From contig NC_087437.1 of the NCBI RefSeq assembly GCF_036321535.1, positions 4,836,001 to 4,900,000 of the forward strand: a stretch of 64,000 nt of DNA. The letters are read 5' to 3'. Both the position numbers and the translations under genes were made by a program. Shown here piece after piece: positions 49,201 to 58,278 of the stretch (positions within the stretch are counted from its first letter, which is position 1; each line of letters starts with the position of its first letter). This DNA is from Camelus dromedarius (taxonomy: Eukaryota). The notes below the pieces were generated by a model that saw only the letters and a program-made list of their open reading frames with translations, was not told the DNA's origin and searched no databases.

Positions 49201-52200
49201 GCCCGTCTAACAGACCAGTCAACAACAGTCTGCTTTCACATATTTAGCCCCTTTAATCCTCAACGCCTAGAACAAATGATGAGTTTTAGAAACTATGTGT
49301 CAATACTCCTCTTTTTCCAAGCTTAAAGGAAGGAAGAGACAGGGAAGGGAGAACTGTGAATCTCTGAATGTTTATGCTCAAAAACTAAATGAACCCCGAG
49401 GGCCAAGAAACACAGTATCTTTTCCAATCCACGATCAGCCCAAAAAGGGACACTCAATAGATCAGGGCAAACAGAGCCATCCGAGGGCTCCTGAGATAAT
49501 AACGCACACCAGCTCTCCTGGGAGCTCAGAGGCGACCCACGAGATTCTTTGGCCTTCAATTTCATAAAAACAGCTGTTTAGCCAAGTCTAATTCTCTGGA
49601 GATACAAGGCCTGGTGCATTCTGCTTAATGTGCAGACCCTTTAACAGAACGTACAGAGTTTTAAATCATAGACTAGCTGTTCCTAAACTGTCCTGAAAAA
49701 TAAGCTACTCCAGAATATTCAGAAAAGTCCCCAAGACTTAAAAGATGGAGAATCTACAGGCTGTGAGGAGGGCGCTTCAGGCACCCCTGGACACTTGCTT
49801 CTGGACGTTTTATCTTCAATCAGCAGAAGAAACCTGCCCTGACGTACCCAGAGGCACAAGCCTGTGGTGTGAGAGAAACATCAAGAGGCCAAGAGTTATT
49901 TCTACGACAGAAAAAGGGTTTTCCTGGACCTCGGGGTACTGACAACAGGCTTGAGTTCAGTGGGCTACTTACATTTTTCTATTTTACAAATTAATTACAA
50001 TTAATTTTAAGTTTTTAAAATTAATACCCTTCCACCAAGTCTTTCTTTAATCTTCTGATTTTAAGTGAGAGACAGGAAGAGACCAAAACCAAGAGTAAGG
50101 AGTAGTGAGAAGCTGTGCCTGTGAGGGGGCCAGCCAGCTTGTCACTGTCATCGGTCAGTGTGAGCGTCCCTGCGTGACCAGTCTCCCCAGTCTGTCCACA
50201 CAGGGCTTGTCCTGAGCCCGAGAAGCCAGGAGAGCTGCAGAGTGGGACTTTTGGGAAAGGAGGGGTTCCTTCAGCTCGACTTTAAGAGGCATCCACGGAT
50301 GCCCCCCCACCCTACAATCACAGGCATGGCCCAGCCTTGCAGGACTCGTAAGGTTTGGGGCTGGTCTTAGCGCCCACGAGCCAGCATCTCTACCCTGTCC
50401 TGTGCATTTCCAGTGTCCGAGGCAGCTGATCTGCCTCCTCCCCAAGCGTCCAAGGTACCGCAAGAGCCCACTAATGACTTGTTAGCGCTGGGCGCGTGGA
50501 GCTGCGGCTGCCCCAGGACTGTCTCACAGGAGCAATGTCAGATTCAGGGTGCAATTCTGCAGATCCTAAGACTTTTCAAGATTCTAAAAGCAGAAAAGCC
50601 TCTACTCTAAGACTCAGTTTCTTTCTGTGAAATTGCTGTTGGAGAAGTCATATGTGACGATGCCGATTTAGCCCAGTGCTTTGCCCCAAATGATAGGCTT
50701 CTTAATACATCTTCATAATTCCTGCCTTACTAGTCCCACACAAGCAAGGATGGGTACAGGATGGTACGAGCAGGCTTTTAGTAAACACCAACCTAAATTT
50801 TGCACCCCAGGCCCGTGTCTAGGAAGTCTCTCCCTTTGAAGGTACATCAAATGAATTTTAAACAGCTTTCAGAAGAACTGGACCCAACATACTCCTGTCT
50901 TGGCAAACTTCCCTCACCACCAGGCTGGTTCCCTGCGGGCAGCAAACTCAGGTATCAGGTAACTTCTTACTGTCCTAAGAGACATGTTCCACCAAATGCA
51001 AGAACTAAGATGTCCTAACTTTTCCTTAATACATCATGTCAAAAAATACATTGAAAAAGTACATACCCATATATGCTGCCCAATGGATAGCACGTCTATC
51101 TTTCTTGTCAAAAGCATTAATATTGGCACCTCTAGACAGGAGCAGTTTGACCATCTGGAATAAAAATAAACACGGTTTCATCAAAATTCATCAGAACTGT
51201 TCTTGAATAGCCCTCGTGACAACTGCTCATCTCCACCTTCTGCACGCTGGGGTTTCTGCATCTGAAGGAGCTGGACTACACACTGAAGACCCTTTAACAT
51301 CATTTAATAAACAACAGGACAGAACAGAGAAAAAAGGTTTCAGTGTTGCTGAAGCATCGGTGTCTTTTAAAGATGCCACTTTGTGTCCCAGTGTTTTATG
51401 AACAACTAAGCACAAACCTGCAAAGTCTAAGGCGGAATATTTAACAACAGGTTCTCCCCCGCCTTACAGCCCAAAGTGTTACTGAAATTCAAAGTGCATT
51501 CTGATCCCAGAAACATCTTAAACTTAACTCAAACACAAATGCAGTGTCTAGAACATGATTAGACCTGAAGGTCACTGCACAGCCCACTGACCTCAGAATG
51601 TACCGAGAATAGCTGTTGTTTACAGGAGCCCCCCAGTGCTGGAAAGGGCACTCCAGATGTGCAAAAGGGACTCATCTAGGGACCTGAACGGCAAGGGAGG
51701 CAAGAACTCTCTCTGTCGCAAAGGCAGAGGAGGACAGCGAGGACCACTGCAGTGGCGCTCAGCCCTGGGAAGCCGGCGTCACCTCCCCTCGGAGTCTGGG
51801 TCTGCGGCAGACGCGGGGGCTGGACCCGCCAGCCTCCCAGGCCCTGCCACCTCTGGGCTCCGGGCTCCCCTGCGTCTTCTACGGACACACGAGTCTGCTC
51901 TGGGCTGGGACAACACCTCACATTAGCCAAAGCTTGTTGTATCAGAGAACTAAATACTCATTTTCTTCAACTGTTTTCTTCTGATGGTCAGTCATCAAAG
52001 AATTCCTGGCCCAACTTTCAAGATAAACTATAAGAAAATGTTTCTATGCTCTGCCTTCCTTTGCTCCTCTTTCTGGACAACAAAGCCGCTCTGTCTTCCT
52101 AGATACTTTTTCCCACAACGACGAGAGAACACACTTCACACTGTGTATAGCTGCCTGCCTTCTCCTTTGTCTCCCCAGGGTGACCATGAAATTCAAGTGC

Positions 52201-53140
52201 AGAGGCTGAATTTGATCAATTTCTCAATCTGAGAAAGCTGTGTCATGAATGAACATGAAAAGACGTCTGAGGATTTGCTAAAGGCAAAACTAGATAAAAA
52301 TTAGCAAGATAGGTATTTTTGTTTGCTTTTACTGCGGACTGATGAATGGCTAAAAAAGGCAAGCTCATTAATAAACGGCGTGGGGGGCGGTGCAGGGAGA
52401 GAATCATCGTCTACCTGGACACCACCTACCTCTCCGTGTCCGCTGAAAGCTGCATGATGCAGTGCAGTCCTCCCTGCTCGATCGGACACGTTTACGTTAC
52501 TCAGCAGGGGCACCAAAGCTTCCGCGCACTTGACAGCTTTATTAGCAGCTGCTATGTGTAAAGGGGTTTGCCAGTTTTTGTCTCGAGCGTTCACATCTGC
52601 AGAATGCTTCAAAAGTACCTGAACTGCTTCCTAAAACATACGAAGACATAAATTAATCAAGACAAATGAGCTGACAGGTTTAGAAACTGCACATATATAT
52701 ATATATATATATAAAATTTATTGGGGAAATACGGTTCTAGTAGAACCTGCTATAAATAAGCCAGAAAACAAAATACTCTGAACTGAAGGCAGTAGTCAGA
52801 GCTATGTAAGATGCATCAAGATAAAACGTTCCCCTTTCCATCCTCCAATTAAAGGCATAACAATATTCATCAAAATGTACAAGAAGAAAAACTGACGAAT
52901 GTTCTTCAAACACATTCATTATTTCTTTTTTTCTAGATGGTGAGATATGATTATTTATACTTTCAAGAGCTTTAAAAAGTAGATTTATCGTTTTGCTATT
53001 AAATATATAAAAATGTAAAGCATACTATTTCCTAAAGTGTTACACAAGGTATATTTTACAAAATGAAAAGTCACTAGCATCTAGTTCATGAGAGAGAGAG
53101 CGAGAAAGAGAGGGAGGGAGAGAGAGAGGGAGGGGGGGAA

Positions 53141-53173
<33 letters not shown>

Positions 53174-56100
53174 GGGAGAGAGAGAGAGAGAGAGGAGAGA
53201 GAGGAGAGAGAGGAGAGAGAGAGAGAGGGAGAGAGGGAGGGAGAGAGTTAAGCCTTCGCTGTGACGCTGCCTGGTGGGAAAGTCGGTGTAAACAAGGCAA
53301 ATTAAGAGTTTCCTGTTCAAAGGAACTGGCCTCTCAGAAGGACAAGGAGAACTTCACAACATACCCACAAACTGGACTCAGGGCAAGCTCGCAAGGAATC
53401 CAGTAAGCCATCAATATTAAGCAATATAATCAGAAATGACTTAGCAAAAATTTCCCCCTTACAGTGATACTCCAGTTTTTGGCAGATGAACAACAAACAA
53501 CACATGAAACGAAAAGCACCAGAACCAGAACAGAATCATCTCAGTTCTGTCGTTTACAAGGCGTAACTTTCCTAGTCTAGTAAAACTGATCCTTGGTTCT
53601 CTTTTCAGCCAAGAGGGGAAACACCACCTGCCCACCACTCATCTCAGGGCTGCTGCAAAGGAAGCTGATGTGCATGACAAGCATTCAAAAGGTTAAAATA
53701 ACCATAAATACGCAAAGCAGCAAGAAGACTGAATTATTCATGATTCACACATAGCCTTTAAAGCCTTTGAAATGAAAAGTAATTGGAACTGTTTGAAATA
53801 TGAGAAACAGCACAAGCCCGGCCAGACTGGAGGGATGTCCACCAGTCTATCGACCTGCTAAGTAGCTAATCAAGGACACACGGAGGCCTGTCCTACACCC
53901 CAACCCCACTCCGGCTATTTACCCATGAGAGAGTTTAAAAGACCCATCTAAGAATGTTCACGGCAGCTTTGTTTATTCATAAGAGTCAAAACCAAGAAAT
54001 GTACGTGTTCACCTACAGGGAAACAGATAAACTGCCATACGTCCATACATGAAACACTACTTGCAACAGAAAAGGAGCCAACCGTTAAGGCGCAGAACAA
54101 TACGGACGAACGTTAAGTCAAGACACAGAGTACTGTTATGATCCCATTTTCATAAAAGTCTAGAATAGGCAAAGTTACCCAATTGTGAGAGAAATCAGAA
54201 CAGTGGCTGCCTCTGGGGACTGACTGAAAAGAGACGTAAGGGAACTTGCTGCAGTGATGGAATCTTCTACCTCTCGAGTGGGGAAAGCTTACATGGGTGG
54301 ATACCTCTGCCAAAACTCAGACTACGCACTTAAAAATCTGTGCATTTTACTATAAATCATACGTCAATTTAAAAAAAAAGGAATACGGGGGGAAAATAGA
54401 GGAATATGTACTCAAAATTATGGAGAACAAGGTACAAACACAAACACTACCAGAATTCTCCAGCCTCATCCCCAAGAGGGTGTACCGTGACTTCGGGGAT
54501 AAAACTAACACCACAGTAGGAAGTGTCAGCAGGGATGTTAACAGATGTACCTGAAAATAATTAAAAACAAAACGAAGAACATATAATTGGGTAAACTGGG
54601 CAAACAAATCATACTATGGATGCCAGGCTTGCCTTAATTACTCTCACTCTAGAATTCACAATGCACAGCTTAAAGTTTCTGAAAGGTGTGGAATATTTAT
54701 GTTCCATTAGCAAGAACAGAAAAATCAAAACTATTCTTTTGTTTCCCAGAAAAGCAAGAATAAATCCATTTTACGGTTGAGGGAGGGCAAGACGACACCC
54801 GAGGGAGCCATTTACACACAACGACCCCAACCCCACTGCTGGGGACTAACTGTGTACCCCTATAATCCATATACGGAAGCCCCAGTCCCCCAGTGTGACT
54901 GTATTTGTAGAGAGGGTCTTGAGGAGGTAAAGCTAAATGAGACCGTAAGGGAGGGGCCCTAACCTGACACGACTGGTGGCTTCTTAAGACGAGGAGGAGA
55001 GACTCCCCCTCCTCTCTCTCCACCATGTGAAGACACAGCGAGAAGGCAGCTGTCTGCAAGCCAGAAAGCGTCCTCATCAGAAAATGACCCTGCTGGGCCT
55101 TGACCTGGGACTTCTAGCCTCCAGACTGTGAGAAAATGAATTTCTGCTGTTTAAATCACCCAGTCTATGGTATTTTGTTACGACAGCCCAACCTGACTAA
55201 TACACCCACCATCTACCACTCAGAAGTTAGTGCCATATCACAGTAACAGTGATCTTTGAAAACTTAAAGAAAATTCAAGAAATCTGTAAAGATAGGAGAC
55301 ATAAAAACACACCAAAAAGGGTGAATTTCTGGAAATTACAAACCAATAAGCCTGACGTTATAACTTAGTAAAATTCTAGGTTTTATTATGAACACATTAA
55401 AAGCATTTAGAAAAACATTAATGTAGGGATAATCAACGGTACACCTAGTGTCACTAATGACAATATTACCAGAGTAACCTTGATCCCAATTTTTCCATTA
55501 TCAGAGGGTATGTACATGTAAGAAATGCTGCAGGTGTGCCTTGACAAAACCATTCGAGCAATTATCCTCTGACATTGATCTACATAAGACTACGAAATAC
55601 GGGGATGTGGCGATGACAAAAGGTTAAACAATCGTATCCAGAGAGTATCTATTCATAGCTTGGGGTCAGACACAGGAAGAAAAAGGCTAATACATTTGCA
55701 AATAACCACCATGTTGCAATGGACCACTAATGTCTCACGTGGTAGCGTATTTTAAACTCAATTATCGACATCTAACTAAAATGTTAATTCCTGGAGTTGA
55801 GGTATTTAAAAAAAAAAAAACCTATCTTTCAGAGGATGTAGTGTGATGTGGCTTCTTAAAAAAAAAAACAACAAACACAAAAAGCTCTAATACTCAGAAA
55901 CTGATTTATTCAGAAGAATACTCAGCATTTACAGAGAGTTGAATTTTATGCTCCCCTGGGAGAATGACAGTCACAAATCAGTGGTGGAAAAAGGACAAGA
56001 GAGCCGGGCAACACGACCGGCTGGGTGTCCGGCTGGGTGTGTGGGAACCACGTGACTGCAGGAGAGCTGGGGGCTTGGGACAGTTAACCCGAGGCAGTCT

Positions 56101-58278
56101 TTCTCAACCCGAGTTCAGTGAAGAAACTAAGCCTTAAGACATCTGCTGTCTGTGATGAGTTAACGTCCCCACGACGTGTCTGCAATGATGTTACCATCTC
56201 TGTCCCTGGGAGAATTGAGAAGACACTCCAATCTTCCGTAGGGCTTACTCCTCTCATGGTATCTCAAAACATAAAACAAAAGCTATCTAAAGTTTTGCCT
56301 TTTACATATTCCTCTGTGGTTATGTTTTTTATTAAATGAAGTGTGTACAGCTCTCTTTCACTCTCAGGATGGAACAGGAATCATGAAAAGAACACCAGTG
56401 AAACCGATAACCTTGACTAAGTTTCCTAGCAGTTTTGCTAATTATGAGATTTTCTTTTTAAAAGAAAAATAATCCCCAGGGATCAGGGTTTACAGAAGTT
56501 ATATTTTTATAGAATGGTCATATTTTATGGTTGTTTCTCATAATCCTACAGAAGATTATCCTACTAAGTAGCTGAGTAATTTTTAAGATGAAAAGCCTAA
56601 ACTTAATTTAAGGCTGAAAAGTTGAAACTTAAACGTATTGGGGTCCACTGCCTTCTAGCCCACAGCTGGCCCTTAAGTTCAGGCTAAGGACATAGTTTTT
56701 AAAAATCAGCAATCAGGTCTCTGAGCAGAACTTGCAATCTGCCTCTAACATAATTATTTTCTTTAAGAATTTTTGCTCTGTTTCTGTAAATATATAAAGT
56801 GTGCTTTCTAATGATTTAATTTGGCAAAACTCTACTAAATTTAAGTCATATTCCTAAGAGTCATACCAAAAAATAGGTAAGTATGACTCACTCACGAATT
56901 TCAGAGTTCCCAGGTTTCTGGTTAATGCCTTAGTTTTCGGGATTCCCAGAGCTGCCCAAGATCACACAGCCAGAAAGTGGCAGGTGACATCTGAAGGCAG
57001 TTTCTCCAAGTCCCGCAGTTCATCACCAGGGACTCCTGCCACCTCCCCTCTTGCCCCGACTGGGGCTTCCAGCTAACGGGCTGCAGGGTCTGCAGTCCCT
57101 GCCAGCCCTCCTCTGCTCCACGTCTCTGCACCTGCCCAGCTCCTGTTCTGGGCTCCAGTTGTGCCTCACAATAAGGACTACAAGGGAGGATGAAGAGACA
57201 GGCGTTCCCCCGGTTTCTCAAGGAAACCCCTCCTGAGGCCCGAGCGTTCCCTCTCCTTCTGCAGAGCTACTGGGTCCCAAGATGGGGAGAAGGACCAGTA
57301 GCTACACTTCCTTGTCTCCTACCATGTGGCTAACTAAAGAAAACGTTAAATTTATACAGTCACACACTTTTATATTTTAAATTATTTAAACAAATTTTCA
57401 ATAAGCATCATTATTTTAAGAGGTAAAAGGGGAGCTTTGGGCACAATGCATTTGTAAAAAGCCCCCATCCATTTTAGAAAGGTGGTAAAGTGACAGAAAA
57501 AAAAAGGGTCCACGTTTTTGTCTCATCTCTACCACTCAACAGCTAAGTCGTTTCTGGCAAATCATTAACTACACAGTTCCCTGAAAACATCTAACCTACC
57601 AGGATGTCATGAGGACTGGAAGATATGAAAGATAAAGATGAACGGTCTCCAGAAACGTCACTTGTCTTGAAGAGCAAACAACACACAGGATTATAACTAT
57701 ACCAGAAATGAGGAATTGTTCTTCCTCACACGACACCTAACGTATTTTAAGGTTATACATTTAGAAGTGGCAAAATGTGAGATCAAGCAATGTTTCCGAA
57801 GCTCATTTCAGTGCTTGATATTTCAATTAGTCTTTACACGCTGCTGAAACTCTCTCTCAATCGCAACCAGCAGAACCTCTGTGACACATCTATTAGGGCT
57901 ACTGTGAACCAGTAGAGAAAAGCCATGAAGAATTTATACAATAGAAAAATAATTTCTCTCTTGTAGGAAGTGTAGAAGGAGTGCCTTCAGTTCTCTGCTA
58001 CTTTAGAAGCTCTACGAGGCCTTAGTCAGAAAAGGGAAATGGAGCAATTAACTTGGTTTGTACAAATTCCAAAGTAAAAAAATGACCAGTCTAGGTATTT
58101 TCAGTTGTTTTTTCCTTTTTTGAAAATAGAGAACTTGAATATGGGCTCACAGGCAGGCCTACTTAATGATTTCATATACAATATATTTACTGAGAGAAAT
58201 TTCATACCTCACTACAAGATGCAACTGCTCTGTGTAAAGGTGTCAACCATTTGCTGTCTTTGGCATTAACTCTAGCTC
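8823..58278 (-). CDS. ANKRD28: ANKRD28, serine/threonine-protein phosphatase 6 regulatory ankyrin repeat subunit A (PITK); 5'-partial, 25 coding exons in window
   Basis: Spliced translation gives continuous ankyrin repeats (TPLHxAA, GAxVNxxD) ending ...[47 protein letters not shown], recognised as ANKRD28. The 25 GT-AG exons have consistent phases and total 2972 nt, matching residue ~64 to the end of the ~1053-aa protein as I recall it. Confidence 0.97.
9960..11470 (-). mobile_element. L2 LINE fragment, interrupted at ~10715-11066
   Basis: Purine-rich antisense L2 text (aggcagctggatctata, cactgagtcctagaaccctccaatgtgaag, aaatgagaactaagaattg). Confidence 0.6.
11777..11868 (-). CDS. ANKRD28: ANKRD28 coding exon (92 nt), [30 protein letters not shown](G)
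   Basis: Acceptor ccccag|G, donor G|gtaagt. Confidence 0.95.
12804..12886 (-). CDS. ANKRD28: ANKRD28 coding exon (83 nt), [27 protein letters not shown](T)
   Basis: Acceptor ttttag|GGT, donor AC|gtgagt. Confidence 0.95.
13322..13404 (-). CDS. ANKRD28: ANKRD28 coding exon (83 nt), [27 protein letters not shown]
   Basis: Acceptor tcccag|AG, donor AAG|gtacgt. Confidence 0.95.
13590..13810 (-). mobile_element. MIR SINE remnant
   Basis: cctcacaaccaccctacaaagtgg...gtaaatgaaaaccctgaggcataaag. Confidence 0.55.
14011..14156 (-). CDS. ANKRD28: ANKRD28 coding exon (146 nt), [48 protein letters not shown](E)
   Basis: Acceptor gcgcag|A, donor G|gtaaag; overlaps ORF 13964..14164. Confidence 0.95.
14732..14815 (-). 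CDS. ANKRD28: ANKRD28 coding exon (84 nt), [27 protein letters not shown](R)
   Basis: Acceptor tcgcag|G, donor AG|gtgggt; follows a 93-nt intron. Confidence 0.94.
14909..14996 (-). CDS. ANKRD28: ANKRD28 coding exon (88 nt), [28 protein letters not shown](V)
   Basis: Acceptor actcag|GT, donor GT|gtaagc. Confidence 0.95.
15380..15965 (-). mobile_element. Old L1ME-type fragment
   Basis: Antisense L1 text ending ttcctagaaatggtatttctgggttaaaggac. Confidence 0.5.
18724..18943 (-). CDS. ANKRD28: ANKRD28 coding exon (220 nt), [18 protein letters not shown]...[12 protein letters not shown](G)
   Basis: Acceptor tctcag|GCA, donor G|gttaag; overlaps ORF 18719..19051. Confidence 0.95.
19469..19586 (-). 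CDS. ANKRD28: ANKRD28 coding exon (118 nt), [39 protein letters not shown]
   Basis: Acceptor actcag|G, donor GGG|gtgagc; overlaps ORF 19415..19618. Confidence 0.95.
19793..19880 (-). CDS. ANKRD28: ANKRD28 coding exon (88 nt), [28 protein letters not shown](Q)
   Basis: Acceptor ttacag|CA, donor CA|gtaagt. Confidence 0.95.
21666..21867 (-). CDS. ANKRD28: ANKRD28 coding exon (202 nt), [35 protein letters not shown]...RTPIHAA(A)
   Basis: Acceptor ccccag|GCC, donor G|gtatgt; overlaps ORF 21511..21900. Confidence 0.96.
22246..22282. repeat. (TG)18 microsatellite
   Basis: Direct reading. Confidence 0.98.
22921..22937 (-). promoter_or_regulatory. CTCF-binding motif
   Basis: Minus strand TCCCCCAGGGGGCGCTA, one mismatch from the CCACCAGGGGGCGC consensus. 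Confidence 0.6.
24628..24702 (-). CDS. ANKRD28: ANKRD28 coding exon (75 nt), [25 protein letters not shown]
   Basis: Acceptor tctctcag|TTA, donor GCC|gtgagt. Confidence 0.95.
25094..25120 (-). CDS. ANKRD28: ANKRD28 27-nt microexon, IASETPLDV
   Basis: Acceptor tttttttttaattttatttcag|ATT, donor GTA|gtaagt; phase 0-0; peptide matches the ANKRD28 linker as recalled. Confidence 0.92.
26057..26168 (-). CDS. ANKRD28: ANKRD28 coding exon (112 nt), [37 protein letters not shown]
   Basis: Acceptor taatag|G, donor CTG|gtgagg; overlaps ORF 25982..26185. Confidence 0.95.
27328..27527 (+). mobile_element. Internal L1 ORF2 fragment (200 bp) with 15-bp TSD
   Basis: tcttcaacaaaggaggcaaga...tggagaaaagacagtctctccagcaagtggtgttgggaaagctgg...aaacctcctagaagaagacataggc is L1 ORF2 text; TSD aaacatgat(a/g)aactg at 27313 and 27528. 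Confidence 0.85.
31202..31373 (+). mobile_element. MER2-like (TcMar-Tigger) non-autonomous element
   Basis: Starts cagtcatccctcagtatgc, contains gagtcccttataaaa, ends gcagattccaagggctgacag + TA. Confidence 0.6.
32354..32494 (-). CDS. ANKRD28: ANKRD28 coding exon (141 nt), [46 protein letters not shown](K)
   Basis: Atypical acceptor tgaaag|G, donor AA|gtgagt; phase matches both neighbours. Confidence 0.94.
32516..32539. repeat. Poly(A)24 (poly-U in ANKRD28 pre-mRNA) next to a splice acceptor
   Basis: Direct reading. Confidence 0.97.
33736..33831 (-). mobile_element. Very short 5'-truncated L1 3' end (96 bp) with 15-bp TSD
   Basis: T-rich tail, then ggtaatactggtttatgacatcacataagtctcatgtgtacaacat; TSD cacctc(t/c)atttttca at 33721 and 33832. 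Confidence 0.75.
34535..34603 (-). CDS. ANKRD28: ANKRD28 coding exon (69 nt), [22 protein letters not shown](R)
   Basis: Acceptor ggatag|G, donor AG|gtaggg. Confidence 0.94.
36104..36167 (-). CDS. ANKRD28: ANKRD28 coding exon (64 nt), [20 protein letters not shown](G)
   Basis: Acceptor ttgtag|GA, donor GG|gtatgt. Confidence 0.95.
36365..36728 (+). mobile_element. L1MB-type 3' end
   Basis: gccataaaaagaaataaagtactgacac...tgattccatttctatgaactgtccagaatagg...tgtgaattatatcttaat. Confidence 0.75.
37529..37611 (-). CDS. ANKRD28: ANKRD28 coding exon (83 nt), [27 protein letters not shown](G)
   Basis: Acceptor cttcag|G, donor G|gtgagt; overlaps ORF 37521..37706. Confidence 0.95.
37686..37880. mobile_element. 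MER20 (hAT-Charlie) DNA transposon
   Basis: tctttcagcctcagcactactg...cctgtgcatgcaggacgtg...gaccaagaacatctagac...gctgagaatcactg. Confidence 0.65.
38533..38647 (-). CDS. ANKRD28: ANKRD28 coding exon (115 nt), [37 protein letters not shown](K)
   Basis: Acceptor ctgcag|GC, donor AA|gtaagt. Confidence 0.95.
39580..39658 (-). CDS. ANKRD28: ANKRD28 coding exon (79 nt), [26 protein letters not shown](G)
   Basis: Acceptor tttcag|AGC, donor G|gtaaaa. Confidence 0.95.
42410..43045 (-). mobile_element. Old L1ME/MC fragment
   Basis: aatcttaaatgtaccacttcatgagttttgac...ttcactcagcatagtatttttaagattcatc. Confidence 0.6.
43107..43319 (-). CDS. ANKRD28: ANKRD28 coding exon (213 nt), [13 protein letters not shown]...GADVNMK
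   Basis: Acceptor caacag|ATG, donor AAG|gtatga; ORF 43101..43319. Confidence 0.96.
43985..44600 (+). mobile_element. ERVL-type solo LTR (MER21/MER77-like)
   Basis: Begins tgtag; contains aaaccaaccacgtgactgagggg, atggagccccagtaaaact, tctcttcctttggctg, gtgagcataacagctt, ctgagtccttccaatgaattatc. Confidence 0.65.
45763..45905 (-). mobile_element. tRNA-derived SINE (camelid Vic-1-like)
   Basis: Reverse complement of the same SINE head; TSD tgtttta(c/t)ctctt at 45750 and 45908. Confidence 0.85.
46122..46264 (-). CDS. ANKRD28: ANKRD28 coding exon (143 nt), [27 protein letters not shown]...LGVD
   Basis: Acceptor tttcag|GT, donor GAT|gtaggt; overlaps ORF 46020..46253. Confidence 0.96.
51067..51154 (-). 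CDS. ANKRD28: ANKRD28 coding exon (88 nt), [29 protein letters not shown](G)
   Basis: Acceptor ttccag|ATG, donor G|gtatgt. Confidence 0.95.
52430..52630 (-). CDS. ANKRD28: ANKRD28 coding exon (201 nt), [25 protein letters not shown]...SGHGE
   Basis: Acceptor ttttag|GAA, donor GAG|gtaggt; overlaps ORF 52301..52612. Confidence 0.96.
52693..52713. repeat. (AT)10 microsatellite
   Basis: Direct reading; ~60 nt upstream of the 52630 acceptor. Confidence 0.95.
53089..53247. repeat. GA-rich homopurine low-complexity tract
   Basis: ~160 nt of almost only G and A ((GA)n, GGA, GAGG units). Confidence 0.97.
53900..54380 (+). mobile_element. Old L1MC/ME 3' end
   Basis: agaatgttcacggcagctttgtttattcataag...tactgttatgatcccatttttcataaaagtctagaataggcaaa...A-rich end. 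Confidence 0.65.
54837..55204 (+). mobile_element. MLT1A-type (ERVL-MaLR) solo LTR, complete, 5-bp TSD
   Basis: TG...CA ends; ccatgtgaagacacagcgagaaggcagctgtctgcaagcc...tagcctccagactgtgagaaaatgaatttctg; perfect TSD cccac at 54832-54836 and 55205-55209. Confidence 0.88.
55310..55720 (+). mobile_element. L3/CR1 LINE remnant (RT region)
   Basis: ggaaattacaaaccaataagcctgacg encodes GNYKPISLT, the CR1/L3 NYRPVSLT motif. Confidence 0.5.
58208..58278 (-). CDS. ANKRD28: ANKRD28 coding exon (71 nt), (G)[23 protein letters not shown]
   Basis: Acceptor ttgcag|GA, donor GAG|gtatga; not in ORF track, read directly. Confidence 0.95.

Noticed and set aside
53040..53320. Leu/Ser-rich ORFs
   Set aside because: Translation of the (CT)n low-complexity tract.
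56017..56040. Tandem 12-mer ccggctgggtgt x2 (similar small duplication at ~5085-5106)
   Set aside because: Ordinary slippage micro-duplications with no evident function.
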